A stretch of DNA of 9,917 bases from NCBI GenBank assembly GCA_023515725.1, contig JALDTO010000157.1:1-9917 (forward strand). Reading direction: 5' to 3'. The stretch's first letter is position 1. Every line of letters starts with the position of its first letter. Below, piece by piece: positions 8,028 to 9,917 of this stretch. Origin of the DNA: Amoeboaphelidium protococcarum X5. Taxonomy: Eukaryota > Fungi > Aphelidiomycota. A program made the translations under genes and the position numbers. A model generated the notes under the pieces. That model was not told the origin of the DNA and ran no database searches. It saw only the letters and a program-made list of their open reading frames with translations.

Positions 8028-8439
8028 TATGATTTGATAATTGCGACAATATATTAAATACATCTATTTTATTATTACAGTTTTTACATGCTTATGTTGA
8101 TGGCCGGGTATTACTGACATAACAACTTGATAAGACGAGCCTCATACAGACATTGTGATCATTTGTCTGACGGCGTGATGACTGATTCAGACTTCGCTCG
8201 CTTTTAGTGTTTCTTCGTGCGCGTCGCTTCATTCTCCACTTGTCCTTGTGTGATCTTAGCCAAAGAGAGAGATCCCTTCGCGCTTAAATTCCGAATTCTT
8301 CAACCGACCGAAATTGCGCAAATTTTATTCGACAATTCTTTGAGCGTTCCATCCACGGAAAAGTTGTCGCGTTCGGTCAGTGATCTTTCTATTATTGTAG
8401 CACTAAGAAAACTTATTCACAAAAACTCATTGAATAAAT

Positions 8440-9207
8440 ATGGGTCGTGTTATTCGTGCACAGCGTAAAGGTCCTGGTGGAATTTTCAAGGCCCACACTA
8501 AGCATCGCAAGGGTGCAGCTAAGCACCGTGTTTTGGACTTTGCAGAGAGACACGGTTATGTGCGCGGACTTGTGAAGGAGATTATTCACGATCCTGGTCG
8601 TGGTGCCCCATTGGCTAAAGTATAATTCAGAGATCCGTACAGATACAAGATGCGTACCGAGACTTTCATCGCTGCTGAGGGTATGTACTCTGGACAGTTT
8701 GTGTACGTTGGAAAGAAGGCTAATCTTACCGTTGGTAACGTTTTGCCTCTGTCCTCCATGCCAGAAGGTACCATCATCTGTAATGTTGAGTAGAAGGTTG
8801 GTGATCGCGGTTCATTCGCTCGCTCCTCCGGTAACTACGCAACTGTCATTGGTCACAATACTGATGATGGAAAGACGCGTATTAAGCTTCCATCCGGTGC
8901 CAAGAAGGTTGTACCTTCGCTGTCCCGTGCCATGGTCGGTATTGTTGCTGGTGGTGGTAGAATTGACAAGCCAATCTTGAAGGCTGGTAGAGCTTATCAC
9001 AAGTATAAGGCAAAGCGTAACTGCTGGCCAAAGACTAGAGGTGTGGCTATGAACCCTGTGGAGCATCCTCACGGTGGTGGTAACCATCAGCACATTGGTC
9101 ATGCTTCTACTGTGGCTCGCGACAGTCCACCAGGTAAGAAGGTTGGTTTGATTGCCGCTAGAAGAACTGGTCTGATCAGAGGTACTAAGCAGCTGAAGAC
9201 CGACTGA
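8440..9207 (+). CDS. RPL2: 60S ribosomal protein uL2 (yeast L2 / mammalian L8), 255 aa, no intron in the CDS
   Basis: [11 protein letters not shown]...[18 protein letters not shown]...NVE*KVGDRG...[15 protein letters not shown]. In-frame TAA 8623 and TAG 8791 sit inside collinear conserved sequence. The gene ends at TGA 9205-9207, followed at once by a second TGA. Confidence 0.98.
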
Positions 9208-9220
9208 TGATAATGTCAGT

Positions 9221-9226
9221 AATAAA
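9221..9226 (+). promoter_or_regulatory. Possible polyadenylation signal AATAAA for RPL2
   Basis: The hexamer starts 13 nt after the stop, in an AT-rich convergent spacer. It could be chance. Confidence 0.3.
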
Positions 9227-9350
9227 TAATTCAGTCTTAATACAACTCTTTTATATAAAAAGGATATCTATGTTATTAACGACGTATACTTTCTATTAAA
9301 TATCACTTTTATCATCATCAATCCTCTAAGAAAGAGATACTAATGTCGAA

Positions 9351-9917
9351 TCAGTGAGCGGGCACTTGAATTGCTCTGATTCTCCTCTTGGGCTTCAGCT
9401 TCGTGTCCACGGTCAACTTTGGAGGCTTGGGCCGTCTAAGCTTCTTCTTCTCTGATAAGGTGGACAATGCAGCAGCTTATTACTCACTCACACGCTCGAG
9501 TGTCTATCTAAACTCTATAATATCTATAACTTGTATTCCTGATATGGAAGGTCGCTTTGATTTCATAGCTGTGCTCTATCGACCCGATTAAGAGACTGAT
9601 GCCAAATGTGGATGTTACGATAACACTTTGCTATCTGTACGGAGTGGGATACTTGGACCGTTATCGGCAGTCTCTTTAATTGCCCCCAGAGGACTAGCAC
9701 GAATCTACGCTCCACCACCGGCGCCATAACCAGACAATACGTGAGGAGTTCGTCGCTCCAGACATGGCGTGGACGCAGACAGAGCTACCATTGAAGTAAA
9801 CGGGGCATCTACTGATTAAGGAGAGTCCTCACATATATCAGTAGATGTTTGGCGCGTCAAGGACTACTTACTGCTCTTGGCCACGGCCGCATTTTGATGA
9901 TCTTGCTTCTTATCCGC
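9351..9917 (-). CDS. 3' portion of an unknown gene: low-complexity S/P/K-rich C-terminal region, running off the right edge
   Basis: The minus frame is open from 9917 to TGA 9353-9351 (188 sense codons, 9 TAA/TAG, no TGA): ADKKQDHQ...EQQAAALSTLSEKKKLRRPKPPKLTVDTKLKPKRRIRAIQVPAH. No family recognised. Confidence 0.7.

Noticed and set aside
8150-8468. Small ORFs on either strand upstream of uL2, including track ORF 8217-8468
   Set aside because: No homology recognised, the minus frame is broken by TGA and lacks an ATG, and the region is better explained as promoter or UTR.
280-9207. Reading the fragmented ORFs as pseudogenes or sequencing errors
   Set aside because: Interruptions are only TAA/TAG, never TGA or unexplained frameshifts, and occur in essential genes with intact motifs.

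Overview
Very gene-dense eukaryotic nuclear DNA written in a non-standard genetic code. TAA and TAG are sense codons (Gln, as in translation table 6) and only TGA stops, so the supplied standard-code ORF track breaks most genes into fragments. Re-translated by hand, the window holds eight genes: (1) an intact 810-aa tyrosine-recombinase ORF of a Crypton-like DNA element or a domesticated derivative (280-2712, minus); (2) a FIST-domain protein (2861-4132, plus); (3) an Efm2/Rrg1-like protein-lysine methyltransferase starting 15 nt later in the same frame (4148-5173, plus); (4) proteasome alpha3/PRE9 (5419-6414, plus, one intron); (5) a divergent TRIC/TMEM38-like ER cation channel (6436-7460, minus, two introns); (6) eIF1/SUI1 (7609-8027, plus, one intron); (7) ribosomal protein uL2 (8440-9207, plus); (8) the 3' end of an unknown gene (9351 to the window edge, minus). 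Fungus-like proteins, TAR=Gln, 55-74 nt introns and moderate GC content point to an aphelid such as Amoeboaphelidium protococcarum. That assignment is inference and was not verified. Translations and codon counts are manual and family assignments are from remembered motifs.
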